DNA of 64,000 nucleotides from Heptranchias perlo. Its lineage: Eukaryota. The stretch spans positions 23,126,001 through 23,190,000 of the forward strand of contig NC_090352.1 of NCBI RefSeq assembly GCF_035084215.1, read 5' to 3'. Shown in pieces: positions 62,661 to 64,000 of the stretch. Position numbers and translations under genes: made by a program. A model generated the notes under the pieces. It saw nothing but the letters and a program-made list of their open reading frames with translations. It searched no databases and was not told the DNA's origin. Position 1 is the first letter of the stretch, and every line of letters starts with the position of its first letter.

Positions 62661-63195
62661 CAACAACAACAACTATTTGCATTTATATAGCGCCTTTAAC
62701 ATAGTAAAATGTCACAAGGTGCTTCACAGGAGCGTTATCAAACAAAATTTGACACCTAGCCACACAAGGAGATATTAGGACAGGTAACCAAATGCTTGGT
62801 CAAAGAGATAGGTTTTAAGGAGTGTCTTAAAGGAGGAGAGAGAGGTTTTATTTTTATTCGTTCATGGGATGTGGGCGTCCCTGGCAAGGCCAGCATTTAT
62901 TGCCCAGGTAGCGAGCTGGAGAGGTTTAGGGAGAGAATTTCAGAGCTTAGGGCCTAGGCAGCTGAAGCACGGCCACCAATGGTGGAGCGATTAAAATCGG
63001 GGATGCGCAAGAGGTCAGAATTGGAGGAACACAGATCTCAGAGGGTTGTACGGCTGAAGGAGGTTACAGAGATAGGGAGGGGTGAGGCCATGGAGGGATT
63101 TGAAAACATGGATGAAAATTTTAAAATCAAGGCCTTGCTGGACCGGAAGCCAAGGTAGGTCAGCAAGCACAGGGGTTACAGGTGAATGGGACTTG
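62661..63195 (-). mobile_element. L2 LINE 3' end
   Basis: PVLADLPWLPV...DFKI...VFKSLHGLTPPYLCNLL; (caa)n tail at ~62661. Confidence 0.88.
62847..62905 (-). mobile_element. 59-bp 3' tail of the 9677-11752 LINE family nested in L2
   Basis: Reverse complement of ~11697-11752; AGGT on both flanks. Confidence 0.75.
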
Positions 63196-64000
63196 CCTCC
63201 CATACACACAAAGAGCCAGACTCTCCCATACACACCCACAAAACCAGACAAAAAAGCAACCTCTGTATAAAAAAAATTCCAAACTCCTAAAGACAAAAAA
63301 AAATCAAGCCCTCGCCCTCTTCCCACTGTCCTCACCTCTATCCCTCTTCCCCCATCCTTCTCTCCCCATTCTTTCCTTGTCCTTGAAGCTTAAAGAATGT
63401 GAAGAATCAGCCTTTGTTCTTTAAGCTTTCCCAAGCTGAAGGACTGATTGGTGCAAATAGACAGCCCCCTCGTTGGTCTAAAGAAATCAATCAGGCACCG
63501 GTCTTTTCTGGAGCTTCAAGCTAATTTCAACTGCGGTTAGTTTTAGCTACCAAATGAAAGAGCTGTAGGTGAAATACCCTTAGGCATTTAAATTGAGAAA
63601 GGATCTCACAGGCTGGGTTTGGCCCACAGGCCGTATCTTGGGCATTACTTCATCTGCATTGAATATTAAACTTATCCTAGTGCATCTATCTGGAGATATC
63701 TTTGGAGAAACAAGAAATCCAAAGTAAATTTGAGGCCTTAATGTATGCTGCTTATCCTGTCTGAATGGGATAGTCACTCAAAAAGCACTTGAGTGTACCA
63801 GAATTGATTGTAAGAACTGGTTTTCAGTGTAGCTGTCTCAAACCTAGTGCATTATTTAAAGTACAAATGAAAGTGAGATAATGGAGGTAGACTGTGGTGT
63901 GATAATATGAAATGCATTAGTTTCATATTTAGTGCTTTCAATACTTAAAATAATTGAAAAGAATCAGGACCCTTGGGAGTTCAGAACTGCTCAAATATAT

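Overview
Repeat-dense, AT-rich eukaryotic DNA, intronic or intergenic. The repeat families look like those of a cartilaginous fish (shark); this is an inference from recognition, not a search. No host protein-coding gene can be supported. The window holds many CR1 and L2 LINE fragments, including one near-complete CR1 (35343-39070) with an intact esterase ORF1 and an almost intact EN-RT ORF2. It also holds Penelope-like (PLE) fragments, tRNA-derived Deu-domain-type SINEs, a decayed Ty3/Gypsy element, an RTE-like relic, PIF/Harbinger-type Myb/SANT elements and several MITEs. Most notable: (1) four 100-215 bp PLE-terminus insertions each carry a minimal hammerhead-ribozyme fold with compensatory stem II changes, one arranged as a perfect 84-bp inverted repeat with a 12-13 bp TSD. 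(2) A U_UUA_AAC slippery heptamer sits in frame immediately before the CR1 ORF1 stop, with an AUG-less ORF2 in the -1 frame, suggesting programmed -1 frameshifting. (3) Two transposase-less Harbinger elements carry a Myb/SANT gene with the same intron position. Most repeat boundaries are approximate, read by eye.
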